Shown: one piece after another, positions 1 to 9,813 of the stretch
How positions within the stretch are numbered: the first letter of the stretch is position 1
Layout: every line of letters starts with the position of its first letter
Made by a program: the position numbers and the translations under genes
DNA from: Epithemia pelagica
Lineage: Eukaryota; Protista; Bacillariophyta
Direction of reading: 5' to 3'
DNA: 64,000 bases
NCBI GenBank assembly: GCA_946965045.2
Contig: OX337228.1
Location: forward strand, 1,054,001-1,118,000
Notes under the pieces: generated by a model
Told to the model about the DNA's origin: nothing
Databases searched by the model: none
Seen by the model: only the letters and a program-made list of their open reading frames with translations

Positions 1-50
1 CGGCCTACACCAGATGGACCGTCCAAAGACGCCACCCAGCGGCCACCCCA

Positions 51-1793
51 TCAGGAGAAATGCTCCACGAGACTGCGGAGCGACTGGTCGACGGAGCGAG
101 CCACGTTTGCGACTGCAGCATCGAACTCAGCGCGATTGACAGTAGAACCAGCCACAGTACCAGTCGCTCCGGTGAGCGTGCTGGTCGTGCTGGCGCCGTC
201 GGCTCGCGCGGCATGAGCACTCGCGTCTTGGTTGGAAGAATGCGTCCGATCCGGAACCCAGCGATGCGTGCGATGGTTGTAGAACATATGTTTTCCATCA
301 ATCACGCGTCGATTTCGCTCGTCCGACTTTGGAGGCGCCCACTTTCCGGATGCACCACCTGCTCCAGAATTTGAGGAACTCGTCCCATTGGCTGCCTTCT
401 TAGAACCAAACTTGTCTTTGTTCGCAGCAATCTTCTGTTCGTTGCGGGGTTCCGTGCACTTCGGTGCTGTATGTCCCGGCTTTCCACAATTCCAACAAAT
501 TGGTTGGGACTTGCCATTGCCCGAAGAGGCAGTATTGGCAGCTTTCTTGGCATCTTCTTGGGCATTGAACACGGAGTTCTTTCCCTTCGTTTTAGAACCG
601 TGCCAGTCATTACTGCTGCATAATTCATTATACTTAGTTTCGGCTAAGCGAAGCAAAACATCAACTTCCAATCCACCAGTGTCATGAGGATCACCTTGAA
701 GTTTACCAATGTCCCGTGCCATTGTGTAAGTTTGCTCGATATAGCGGAAATAGGAGTTAAATTTGCCAACGGATGAAGTTTGCATGACCTTTAGCACTTG
801 CTGATTAAAACGCTCTGGAACTTTCTTGACCCATTTCAAGCGCTTGTGTGCACCACGGATTAAACTTACAACACGAAGAACATTTTCACCTTGAAACTCA
901 TTGATCTTCAAATTCTTAACCAAGTCTTTCAAATGATCAATAGCGGCTTCCGAACTTGAAACCAGAATGTTCATCATAATGACAAAGAGCAGCAGACCCC
1001 CTTGTTGAATGGTAGGGTAAGTCTCAAACTGTTCGTAGCATTTTTCAAACAGACTTTGAGTCATGTTATTTTCCAGATGCTTGTAGGTTAGTACCAAATT
1101 CTCCCGGTACCAATCCTTCTTGGTCCAGCGGCGATACCATTCACAACTGGCTGCAACTTCATCGGGAGTAACTTCCTCATAATTTAAATATAGATCTACA
1201 GTACGAGACTCAATACTCCGGGATCCCTTCGACTTGGGGAACACAATCGTGAACACGTCATGCATATCGTAAACCATATGCGTGTCCTTGGTCTTGGAAA
1301 TCATGATGGCAGTGTTATAACACTCATCCAACTTCTTTTCATCGGTCAAACTCATACTCGTGAAAGTATATTTCGTTTGCGATGTCTTCACGGCTTCCTT
1401 GAAGAGATCTTGTTTCTTCTCCGAGGACATCTTCTCCCTGTTCTCTTTCCGATATAGAGGTCCTTGATCCGCGACACCATATCCCCTTGAACCTGGTTCC
1501 ACCAGCTCAACTGCCAGTCCCCCAACCATGAATTGGGTATCTGTATCTAACGGGTAGTCATCGCTCTTTGAACTCTTATCCGAATTGTTTTCATCGCTTT
1601 TTCTTCTTTGTCTTCTCTCATTAAGACCCTGAAGCGTTTTGTCGAGTGTTCGGAATCCAAAGTCGGACTCCCGATTGCCGGTTCCAGTCTGGTCTTCCGC
1701 TGAGGCGTCTTGATAGTCCTCATCGTCTCCCGTGTTAGCCGGTGCAGCACCTGAAGCGGGTGAAACATTTGCCGAGTCTTCTGCTCGCGCCAT
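51..1793 (-). CDS. Gag of copia element A
   Basis: ATG at 1793, open to TGA at 51-53. Zinc knuckle CWNCGKPGHTAPKC. Shares YDMHDVFTIV, VAAS.EWY..W..K.WYRENL, QQGG.LLF and GENV with the second element. Confidence 0.88.
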   Translation of the reverse strand: MARAEDSANVSPASGAAPANTGDDEDYQDASAEDQTGTGNRESDFGFRTLDKTLQGLNERRQRRKSDENNSDKSSKSDDYPLDTDTQFMVGGLAVELVEPGSRGYGVADQGPLYRKENREKMSSEKKQDLFKEAVKTSQTKYTFTSMSLTDEKKLDECYNTAIMISKTKDTHMVYDMHDVFTIVFPKSKGSRSIESRTVDLYLNYEEVTPDEVAASCEWYRRWTKKDWYRENLVLTYKHLENNMTQSLFEKCYEQFETYPTIQQGGLLLFVIMMNILVSSSEAAIDHLKDLVKNLKINEFQGENVLRVVSLIRGAHKRLKWVKKVPERFNQQVLKVMQTSSVGKFNSYFRYIEQTYTMARDIGKLQGDPHDTGGLEVDVLLRLAETKYNELCSSNDWHGSKTKGKNSVFNAQEDAKKAANTASSGNGKSQPICWNCGKPGHTAPKCTEPRNEQKIAANKDKFGSKKAANGTSSSNSGAGGASGKWAPPKSDERNRRVIDGKHMFYNHRTHRWVPDRTHSSNQDASAHAARADGASTTSTLTGATGTVAGSTVNRAEFDAAVANVARSVDQSLRSLVEHFS

Positions 1794-1872
1794 TGTTCTC
1801 ACCTTCTCTCTGTCCTATCTTGCCAGAGCACTCACTTCCTTGACACCGTACGACCTTGGGAAACCTTCTACA

Positions 1873-1895
1873 GCGTAATACTTGGGCTCAGAACC
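1873..1895 (-). promoter_or_regulatory. Primer-binding site of element A
   Basis: Minus strand GGTTCTGAGCCCAAGTATTACGC immediately after the LTR CA end. Resembles the Drosophila copia half-tRNAiMet PBS (GGTTATGGGCCCAG); 21/23 identical to 59211-59233. Confidence 0.8.
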
Positions 1896-2130
1896 TGCGA
1901 GTAGTGGAAAAGAACGGCGGTCTCTTTCCCATTGAGCAATCCGTAAAAGGATACTTGTTCTGATAATCACTATTATGTTAGGCCTAAATTCTCACTAAAC
2001 TCACTACGATCTTTTCTTCAATATCTTGGATGAGTCATTCCATCCATTCGTTCACATCTACGTCGCTCATCATTCGTGATTGATGAGTCTTGTTGCCGAG
2101 TATAAGCTTGCTACCCTAGCTATACTCGCA
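1896..2130 (-). repeat. 5' LTR of element A (235 bp)
   Basis: Bounded by the perfect 8-bp inverted repeat TGCGAGTA..TACTCGCA and abuts the PBS. Confidence 0.8.
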
Positions 2131-2236
2131 CACCTACTTTTCTCTCTGAAAAGGCGAACTGTTTGAAGCAAAAAGAGAGGATTGGCACGGAACTTTCTCT
2201 GAAAATCCGGGTTATTTATCCGAACTACCTAGTGCA

Positions 2237-2726
2237 GCTATGGGTCCCAACGCCGTGCTTTACACGTGGAATTTCAACCATTGCACTGGTGCAAATGTAC
2301 GTTACCATCAGACTAATTTGACCATGGCGGATTTTTCTGGACGATTTTCATCTCTCCATTTCTATTACAACGGTAGATCTAGGTTAGTCACTAGCGCTAG
2401 GGACTCTGTTCGCTCGATTGGTGGTGTTGCGCGCTCCTTGCGCTTTTGTTGCGCTTCTGAGAGCAACGACGAGGGGACCTTTTACGATCAGGCTTTGTGG
2501 CACAAGGACAAGGAGTTTTTATGGACACTCGTAGCAATCAACCAAATGGAACAAATAGAATGGATATCTGCGAGGGCCCACAAAACGAAGATGGTTACGA
2601 CCCAAAACAGATTGACGGAAGGTATGCCATTGTGAAGCCACGATACACCGCGACAAACTTGATGCCAAACGTGACGTCATGTACTAGAAAAATTTACGTA
2701 GGCTCTACTGCGTTGGGACCCATAGC
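2237..2726. mobile_element. MITE-like element (~490 bp)
   Basis: Perfect 17-bp inverted repeats GCTATGGGTCCCAACGC (2237-2253) and GCGTTGGGACCCATAGC (2710-2726); no convincing coding interior; TSD unclear. Confidence 0.55.
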
Positions 2727-2811
2727 AGCGTGCAGCTACGGATACCATCGCAGACGCCGACAACCAAAGTCGTTGAGCGGTCTACCTATTTTATATACTC
2801 CTGTGGTATTC

Positions 2812-2916
2812 ATTCCTAAAATGGTTGTAAAGGATCTCTCCCTCTAGCAGTGAGAGGGGATCCATTGCGTATATAGACGTTCGTTGGAAGGTCCATCCTT
2901 AGTAGAGAGGAGAAAT
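2812..2916. repeat. Dispersed ~105-bp repeat, copy 1
   Basis: Aligns with 7294-7411; identical 26-nt core GTTCGTTGGAAGGTCCATCCTTAGTA at 2879-2904 and 7374-7399. Confidence 0.8.
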
Positions 2917-3596
2917 GAGACTTGGGGGTGGGGGTGGCACAGTGTCGGGACTCTCGCTCTCTCTTTCTCTCTCTCTCGTCACAAAAAAAACACAGCCTTT
3001 GTCGTCCAGAGCTCTCGAATACTACCTAGGGAACGCACACACACACAAGTCGACAACAGCAGCGGGACGTGTGTGTTCTCGAGGACGACACGAGAATCCT
3101 CCTCCTTTATAGGACGGATCCACAAGCACATGCTCCAGGATTGTGGCTCGGTAGGCGCATCTGCGGCTCACCGAGTCTCCTGCAATGGGTGTCTCCCTCG
3201 TTCGTCGCGTGTCTTTTTCATGACCATGGCTGATTTTGCGGTCCATTGATGTGTCCCCCTCTTTTGGATTGTGCGTTCCAGTGTTCCTCTCAAACGAAGA
3301 AGAAATCACCAGCATGTTCTGTGGTTCTATTGTTGGTGCCAAGAGAGTGTGACGGCCCTCCACAAAAGTGCCGTCCAGGCAACAAAAGGCCGTACCATCC
3401 ATTTCTATAGTATGGTCCGGAGCAACCAGGTAGGTGAGTCCCCGTCCCATCCCCTGAACTGTTTCAACATGGAACCTTGTCATCATTTATGGTTTGTGTG
3501 TCACATTCGATGGAGCCACACACACGACACACTCATATAGTCTTGGACCACACGAAGCAACCTGCCACCAGTCGATTGTGTACGACTGTGTGGCTC

Positions 3597-5390
3597 TTAC
3601 AAACGCTTTTTCTTTTCATTCTGGACCACCGGATCTCGAGTCGACGACCCAGTAGGACTCTTGGTAGTAGTCGTCGTTGTCGTCGTCTTTGTGGAAAACA
3701 ACAAGGTCAAGAGGATTGCGACACACAACCAGTGAATGCCACTGCACATGAGCCAGGATTGAGGATCGGGTTCCTCCGCAGTCTGCTTCGGGTCGTCGTC
3801 CACCACACCAGTTGAGGGGGAGGAGGACGACAACCACTGAACCAAAAGGGTTCGATACAAGGGAACGGAAATTCCCACGAGATTGGACAAAATGTCCAAT
3901 CCCGCCAAGACGGAAAAGAGTGCCGTAGGAGGTGCCACGGCCGTCGTCCAGGTTTCCAAACACACCTTGAGCATGGCCAAACACAGAGAGGCCACAGGAC
4001 TGACCAACAGGAGGTAAAACATCAAGGAGGGTACCATGGATTGGACCAATCGCGCAGCGGCCAAACCAAAACACAGCAACGAAATGCTTCTCGGTAAGGA
4101 CGCATTCGTGGGGCCTTCCTGTGGTGATGGTGGTTGGCCTCCTCCAACAAGACGGAGAATGGGACGGACACCAAAGGCTTGGACCAGAAATGCTACCATG
4201 GCTTCATAGGAGGCAATGTACCCACGGTAATGCGGAGATTCCAATTGATACAGGTCTTCGTAAAAGGATCCCAATTGACTGAAGGTGGTTGTTTTCATCA
4301 CGATTACAAACAAGAGACGGGAAATCACGACCGTCCCCAATTCCCACGAGCCAAACACAACTCGTAGATTGGAAACAACGATGCGTGTCCAAGCATCGCA
4401 GCGCTGGTCCCAGCTTCTTGGTTTGGATGGACAATGGTTGTTGCGGGGTTGCACGACACTAGGAGTCCGTGTTGTGCCTGTGGAGGATGGTGATGGTAAT
4501 TCTGGAAGAAGGAGCAACCTCAGGAGCACCATGTTTAGGACAAAGAGCAAACTTGCCAACAAGGCCGGTGTCTGAGGATGCACATATTTGTACAGGAGTG
4601 CACCGACCGATGGTCCAGCAATCCAAGCCATGGTGGACGATGCCTTGAGTCGTCCCATGTACTTGGCACGATCCTGGTGTTGCTGGTCCTCCTCATCTTC
4701 CTCGTGGGTCCTTGACAAACTATTGGAAGAAGAAGAAGAAATGGCCTTGGTCAAGAGTGTCGTTGCCACAGTCATGGTTTGTTTCACAAAACCAACCAGC
4801 ACTCGACTGGCCATTAAGATTGCCAACCCCCACGATACAGCTGTGGAGGAGGATGAGGATGATTCATTCAGACTGCTGCTGTAGGCAATCATGGCATAGG
4901 ACACAGCCGAACCACCAAAACTAATCAAGAGGAGAAAGTGACTGGACACTCCCATGGCATCATTGACAATGCCCATAGAGACACCGCCTGCCACTTGGGC
5001 GATACTAAAGAGCGAACTCAACAACTCGCGATGGGCGGCACTTGTTACGCCGGCTTGCTTGTAGTATTGCTGCAGCATGGGAATAACCAAGGAGACGGAA
5101 AGCATGTCCACAAATACCAGAACTGGTAATGTCCACGTGACGGGAGGTCTTCGTCTTGTGGTCCAGGAGGAGGGAGAGCCAGTACTCTTGTTGCTGCCAT
5201 CAACACCAACAAGGTCGGTGGACGCCAAGGACGTTCCATCCTCTAGAGAAGACGTATCAGAACCTTGGCTACGGGTGCTGCTGCTGGACGATGGAAAGGA
5301 TGCAGATGTGTCGCTTCGTAAGAACAAACAAGCCGACGACGACGAACCCGACGAGTGATTCGATGTTTCTTTGGCAGAGGTCAACACCAT
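3597..5390 (-). CDS. Major facilitator superfamily transporter (TetA/SLC22A18-like)
   Basis: 597-aa intronless ORF with many hydrophobic helices; MFS-type segments FVDMLSVSLVIPMLQQY, LLSSLFSIAQ, RAKYMGRL and WIAGPSVG. Confidence 0.85.
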   Translation of the reverse strand: MVLTSAKETSNHSSGSSSSACLFLRSDTSASFPSSSSSTRSQGSDTSSLEDGTSLASTDLVGVDGSNKSTGSPSSWTTRRRPPVTWTLPVLVFVDMLSVSLVIPMLQQYYKQAGVTSAAHRELLSSLFSIAQVAGGVSMGIVNDAMGVSSHFLLLISFGGSAVSYAMIAYSSSLNESSSSSSTAVSWGLAILMASRVLVGFVKQTMTVATTLLTKAISSSSSNSLSRTHEEDEEDQQHQDRAKYMGRLKASSTMAWIAGPSVGALLYKYVHPQTPALLASLLFVLNMVLLRLLLLPELPSPSSTGTTRTPSVVQPRNNHCPSKPRSWDQRCDAWTRIVVSNLRVVFGSWELGTVVISRLLFVIVMKTTTFSQLGSFYEDLYQLESPHYRGYIASYEAMVAFLVQAFGVRPILRLVGGGQPPSPQEGPTNASLPRSISLLCFGLAAARLVQSMVPSLMFYLLLVSPVASLCLAMLKVCLETWTTAVAPPTALFSVLAGLDILSNLVGISVPLYRTLLVQWLSSSSPSTGVVDDDPKQTAEEPDPQSWLMCSGIHWLCVAILLTLLFSTKTTTTTTTTKSPTGSSTRDPVVQNEKKKRL

Positions 5391-5783
5391 TTTTGCCGCG
5401 ATGGATTCTTGTCGTTGTGCTGCCAGTGAAAGTAGGTAGAACGACCTTCTTCGTAGTCATTCATGGAAAAGAACAAAGCAACAGTCTGATTTTCACGATA
5501 AAACTCGTTTGGACGAAGCTGGCTGACACGTATTTGCGTTGGCGCAGTTTGATTCTTCCCGCGACCGACGAACCGTACCTCTTAGCGGAAGGGTTACTCC
5601 TGAGTGTGTGAACGAAAGAGGATGCATTATAAGTTACAGATGTTATTCCAACCCACAAGTCATTCACGAGCACGACTCCTTCTCCCGTTAGGGAGTAATT
5701 GGAACCGTTCTTTTGCATACACACACTACTCCTACACACAATTCATTGGAGCTATCTTCCTTTTCTCGCGTTGTGAATTGTGG

Positions 5784-6036
5784 ACAACAGCAACAACCAC
5801 AACAACAGCTGGCAAACGAAATCAGTCGGCCCCATGGATTTTGCTCTCAATACTCTGAAAGAAAGCGTTACTGCAATTTCTGAAGCAACGGTCATCCCAC
5901 CCCTTCGCCGCACCTCTCAGTTTCGCTGTGAACAACAGCAACAACCACAACAACAGCTGGCAAACGAAATCAGTCGGCCCCATGGATTTTGCTCTCAATA
6001 CTCTGAAAGAAAGCGTTACTGCAATTTCTGAAGCAA
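5784..6036 (+). repeat. Direct duplication of 105 bp (5784-5888 and 5932-6036)
   Basis: Two identical 105-bp blocks with a 148-bp period, each covering the leader and first codons (MDFALNTLKESVTAISEA) of the ATPase gene. Confidence 0.92.
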
Positions 6037-6866
6037 AGGTTGACGCAGGGTTAAGAGACTCCATCGCTCGTATGGCGAATCAACACAAGGTCTTACCTGA
6101 GCTGCAAGACATCCCTTTCGTGCGCTCTCCTCTCCTCGAAATCCTCGAAAAGAGCTACTCAGCTCACTCAACTGGCATGACGCATGTCTTGTACGCTGAA
6201 CCCTCCACTGGGAAGACCTCTGCATGCCGTATTTTTGTCGAAAACGTAATGAGAAAGAACAAGGGACCCGCTTTGATGGTATCTGGTCAAGCTGTCGACC
6301 ATGATTACTTTAGTCACGTCGCCACGCTTCTGGGAGCGAAGAAGGCAGGATGGGATTGGGTTGCTAGCCTTGTCGCGGCATTGATACCGTCACCAACATC
6401 CTTGGACAGGCCTCATGCTGTGCTGATCTTGGATGAATTCAACGACGAAGGTCCTGATTGCATTAATATGAAAATTGCTGAGGCACTTTTCCGACAGATT
6501 TACAACAACCATTTTGGTTTCACTACGATATTCGTCACGCAGAATAAGAAAATTGCCGATACTTTGTGTGCCATGAACAAATGGCAAAAGATTGGACCCC
6601 TACCTGGGCTGACACGGCCCAACCGATGGGAAGCTGCTGCTTCTACCCCACCGGACCCCGTCCCCTGGATACCCGTAACCTGGACTGCTGAGCGATTAAC
6701 TATCATGATTTTGCTGCGATTTCCAGGGAAGTTTGATGGTGAAGTTGTAGATAAAGTATTGCCTTGGCTTGCTGGCACACCAACGCCAACAATAGCCATC
6801 GAGAAAGCGATCCAAAATCTTGATAAGCGTTTTGGACCACCAGCAAGCGCCAACGACCTGCCTTAG
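5982..6866 (+). CDS. P-loop NTPase (AAA+/STAND-like, Crinkler-island type) without evident effector domain
   Basis: Walker A variant YAEPSTGKT and Walker B VLILDEF; ATG at 5982. Confidence 0.7.
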   Translation: MDFALNTLKESVTAISEAKVDAGLRDSIARMANQHKVLPELQDIPFVRSPLLEILEKSYSAHSTGMTHVLYAEPSTGKTSACRIFVENVMRKNKGPALMVSGQAVDHDYFSHVATLLGAKKAGWDWVASLVAALIPSPTSLDRPHAVLILDEFNDEGPDCINMKIAEALFRQIYNNHFGFTTIFVTQNKKIADTLCAMNKWQKIGPLPGLTRPNRWEAAASTPPDPVPWIPVTWTAERLTIMILLRFPGKFDGEVVDKVLPWLAGTPTPTIAIEKAIQNLDKRFGPPASANDLP

Positions 6867-7293
6867 GGCTTTCTTCGCCATCCAGGGGTACAATGAGGTA
6901 GTAGCCCAAAATCTCACAAAGTTGAGGTCACCCCCACACTTTGACTGACCCTGGATTCAAACGTGGCAGGATTTCCAGGACGTGAGATTTTCACTCCCAG
7001 GTGTCAACGAGGAGGCGTGTCGACGAGGAACTGTTCGCGGAGGAGACGCGTTGTTCGAGGAGAAAAGGCCCGAACCGATTAATGTCGAAAAAATACTAAA
7101 AAAGAACCGAGTGCATGGATTGCGACGAGCCAAAAAAAACCGAAGCTCATTCAGTGGTTTCTAGTTGCTTGCATCTCTCTCGGTTCATACCGTGATAATT
7201 GCCGCTGTGAGTCTGTGCTAACATCATTAGATGGTGCCTGAACGGGTTCATAAAGAACATCTTTCGTGGGATTGTTATTAAGTATCACAAGAT

Positions 7294-7411
7294 TCCTAAT
7301 AATGGTTGTTAAGCATCTCTCTCCACCAGCAGTGAGACGGGATCCATCCTCTGCGCACAAGAGTATATAGTTAGTTCGTTGGAAGGTCCATCCTTAGTAT
7401 AGAGGAAAAAT
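7294..7411. repeat. Dispersed ~105-bp repeat, copy 2
   Basis: See copy 1; this copy carries an extra ~12-nt insert (CCTCTGCGCACAAGAG region). Confidence 0.8.
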
Positions 7412-7467
7412 GAAAAGGAGGTTTATTGGTTCTCCCCGTGGAGAAGAAGAAGATGATGACCATATTT

Positions 7468-9198
7468 TCACAGACCATCACACTCTTTAAGAGCAGAGCG
7501 TTTGCGTTTTGTTGTTAGTTTCCACATTGGAATCTCTTTCAGCGCAGTCATGGTGGGCACAAATTGATTGCCCTTAAAACGATCACTTTTTGTCTTCAGG
7601 GGTGGCGAAGCATGAGAATGGATAGTGAATTCGGAGTCAGTCGCATCACGTTGTCGACCGGTACCCTCTGATCCCACTTCAAATTCCAACGTCCCAGTTG
7701 GTGTAACCCCGACGTGGACAACTGTATCAAGCTCAAGCGAAGAGTCCTTTTTCAGCAAGGCATCACGAAGCCGCCTAATGTATACGGGTTTGAGGGAATG
7801 ACTTGGAGAGACTGTGAACTGCAGCGTTAGAAGAGTGGAATTGAAGAGGAAAGCAACATCAAAGCAGTCTTGATTCCACTTCTGACACCAGATTACAGTG
7901 CCAGCTTGACTGACGTTTGCGTCATCTTCAAATTTAGTTTCGTCGAAAGAAACTTGTTCAATTGGACGGAACGATAATCCTTGGTCATTCGAGACAAATT
8001 CTGAACATGACTCTAAGCTGAGGCGGATCAAATCAATCTGCGCAAGCGCAAACGCCCATCCGTTGATTGCTGGAATTCTGCTCTCTTTCCCAAGCGCTCC
8101 CATTGAGCCTACGAGTTTACTCTTGCATCGCTCGTACGCTTTGAAGAGAATGTATTTGCTCACTGGCATGGCCTTTCTTTCAAATTGCTGCATCAAAGTG
8201 TTGACTGCCCACGGGGTCGAGGAAGCAACACACCCCTGCGCAAAGTACTCCCATTGGTCCTTAAAAACTTCTTGGCATCTGCAGTCTAGCAACGTCTTCA
8301 GTTCTTCAAGAGAGAATTCGAACATAAAACGCGCAGATCCTCCAGCGTAATAATGCTTGGCAGTGACAAGTTCCTTCATCGATCTGGGACGATCACCCTC
8401 GAGGTTGGTATTTTCGGCTTCCATGCCCTGCTCTTCGTCGTCACTGTAGCCATCCAAATAATCGTTGACAAATAGTCTCTTGTCCGCGTCGAGAACAGGC
8501 GACTTCGACGTAGCCAATCGCTCGACAAAGGCGCTGCATTTGATGGCGTCAATGTAGTCTTCCAGAATCCACGAATCAACAGTCCCTTCCACAATATCAC
8601 CTTCGTCGTCAAGTCTTTGACCACCAGTAGTAAGATTAAAAGAAAATGACGTAACATGGACGGCTTTCACAATCTTCCCCTCGAATAACTCTGTGTTTAG
8701 CATTCCAGTCAAATTAAGAGAAATATCGTCGCCGATCACAACACCATCGTGGATACACAAATTAAATCGTTGACCACTTTTCTCCAAGATGTCCTCCACC
8801 GTAGTACATAGATTTGCTCGAGCTATTGGTCGCTTCCATCGCCAAAGCGTTCCGCCGGGCTCACGGATCCAAACAAAACATGTGGCTGTCCTCTGATATT
8901 GGATGATCAGAACACGAGCGTTTTCTTTGACAGACAAAAGTCGTGCCCAAAGATAAAAGAAGCACGTCTTTCCACAGCCCGGAGGGCCCTTTATGTACAG
9001 CGTAAATTTTTTATTGTTCTTCCAAAACTTCGTCGTGACCATCTGTTCAAACTCGGCCAAGTAGCGCCGGACGTACAAATTTGATTCGAAAGCCTTTGTA
9101 CCCTCGCGTCGAAACACACCATACACTTTCCCGTGTGCAAAGTCTCCATCTTCTGCTAGAACCGTCTCATTCTCCTGTACAAATCCTTCGGTGACCAT
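7468..9198 (-). CDS. Crinkler (CRN)-like NTPase + restriction-endonuclease-fold protein
   Basis: Walker A GPPGCGKT; CRN-typical YYAGGSARFMF; C-terminal WCQKWNQDCFD...LQFTVSPSHSLK, resembling the CRN REase motif KWNQGGYD...QVT...H.FK. Confidence 0.78.
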   Translation of the reverse strand: MVTEGFVQENETVLAEDGDFAHGKVYGVFRREGTKAFESNLYVRRYLAEFEQMVTTKFWKNNKKFTLYIKGPPGCGKTCFFYLWARLLSVKENARVLIIQYQRTATCFVWIREPGGTLWRWKRPIARANLCTTVEDILEKSGQRFNLCIHDGVVIGDDISLNLTGMLNTELFEGKIVKAVHVTSFSFNLTTGGQRLDDEGDIVEGTVDSWILEDYIDAIKCSAFVERLATSKSPVLDADKRLFVNDYLDGYSDDEEQGMEAENTNLEGDRPRSMKELVTAKHYYAGGSARFMFEFSLEELKTLLDCRCQEVFKDQWEYFAQGCVASSTPWAVNTLMQQFERKAMPVSKYILFKAYERCKSKLVGSMGALGKESRIPAINGWAFALAQIDLIRLSLESCSEFVSNDQGLSFRPIEQVSFDETKFEDDANVSQAGTVIWCQKWNQDCFDVAFLFNSTLLTLQFTVSPSHSLKPVYIRRLRDALLKKDSSLELDTVVHVGVTPTGTLEFEVGSEGTGRQRDATDSEFTIHSHASPPLKTKSDRFKGNQFVPTMTALKEIPMWKLTTKRKRSALKECDGL

Positions 9199-9469
9199 GT
9201 TGTCTGAACTAGTTATGTGCTCTTTTGTCTGCGGTAGTAATTCAGAGGGTCCAGATGGGCATCAATCAGGGATGCTCAAGCGAAATTGTAACGTCTGCGC
9301 TCTGCGCTGCAATACTCGTAGGTACCATCGTCGTTTGTCCTCTTACTGCAGTTCACTCGAAAACGCGCCTCTGGGTCTGATAAACTGCTTGTCTGTGAAT
9401 TTCCCTTGATGGGATGATGACCTTGTAATCGCGTCGTCAAGACTCGAATGATACTCCTCCCTAGGATTA

Positions 9470-9588
9470 CCCCCAAGCGGATGGATGAGTCGTGCAGATT
9501 CGTGAATGAGAGCTGGACTACATTCCTCTCTATGAACGAAAAAAAGAGACAGTCACGATATCTCATGACTCACCCTTCCGCTAGGGAC
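9470..9588. mobile_element. Small palindromic MITE-like element, copy 1
   Basis: Imperfect ~37-bp terminal inverted arms (CCCCAAGCGGATGGATGAGTCGTG.. / ..CATGACTCACCCTTCCGCTAGGG), flanked by TA on both sides; homologous to 16162-16286. Confidence 0.6.
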
Positions 9589-9813
9589 TACTCCCAAGAT
9601 TATTGAACTCCCATAGCTACTCTTGAATCATCCTCACATTCATTTTCTCCAGGCGATTGTCACACAGTTGATTCAACCTAGTAAGGTCTTGCTTATGTGA
9701 TTTTAGCTTAGAATAGGATGTCCAGACTTGCTTTTAACACGGACACATTTCAATGTCGATTGGACTGTGACCAGTGCAAACACAAACAAGACGTCGTCGT
9801 CATCATCGTCCTC

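Larger units (their letters stand above)
1..2130 (-). mobile_element. Ty1/copia (CoDi-like) LTR retrotransposon A, 5' part (LTR, PBS, gag); truncated by window start
   Basis: LTR with TG..CA ends, copia-type PBS directly inside it, intact gag with CCHC knuckle clearly homologous to the gag at 59405-60980, whose pol has copia order (PR-IN). Confidence 0.9.

Noticed and set aside
3022-3486. 154-aa minus-strand ORF next to the MFS gene
   Set aside because: No recognisable motif; may be 3' UTR or a chance ORF.
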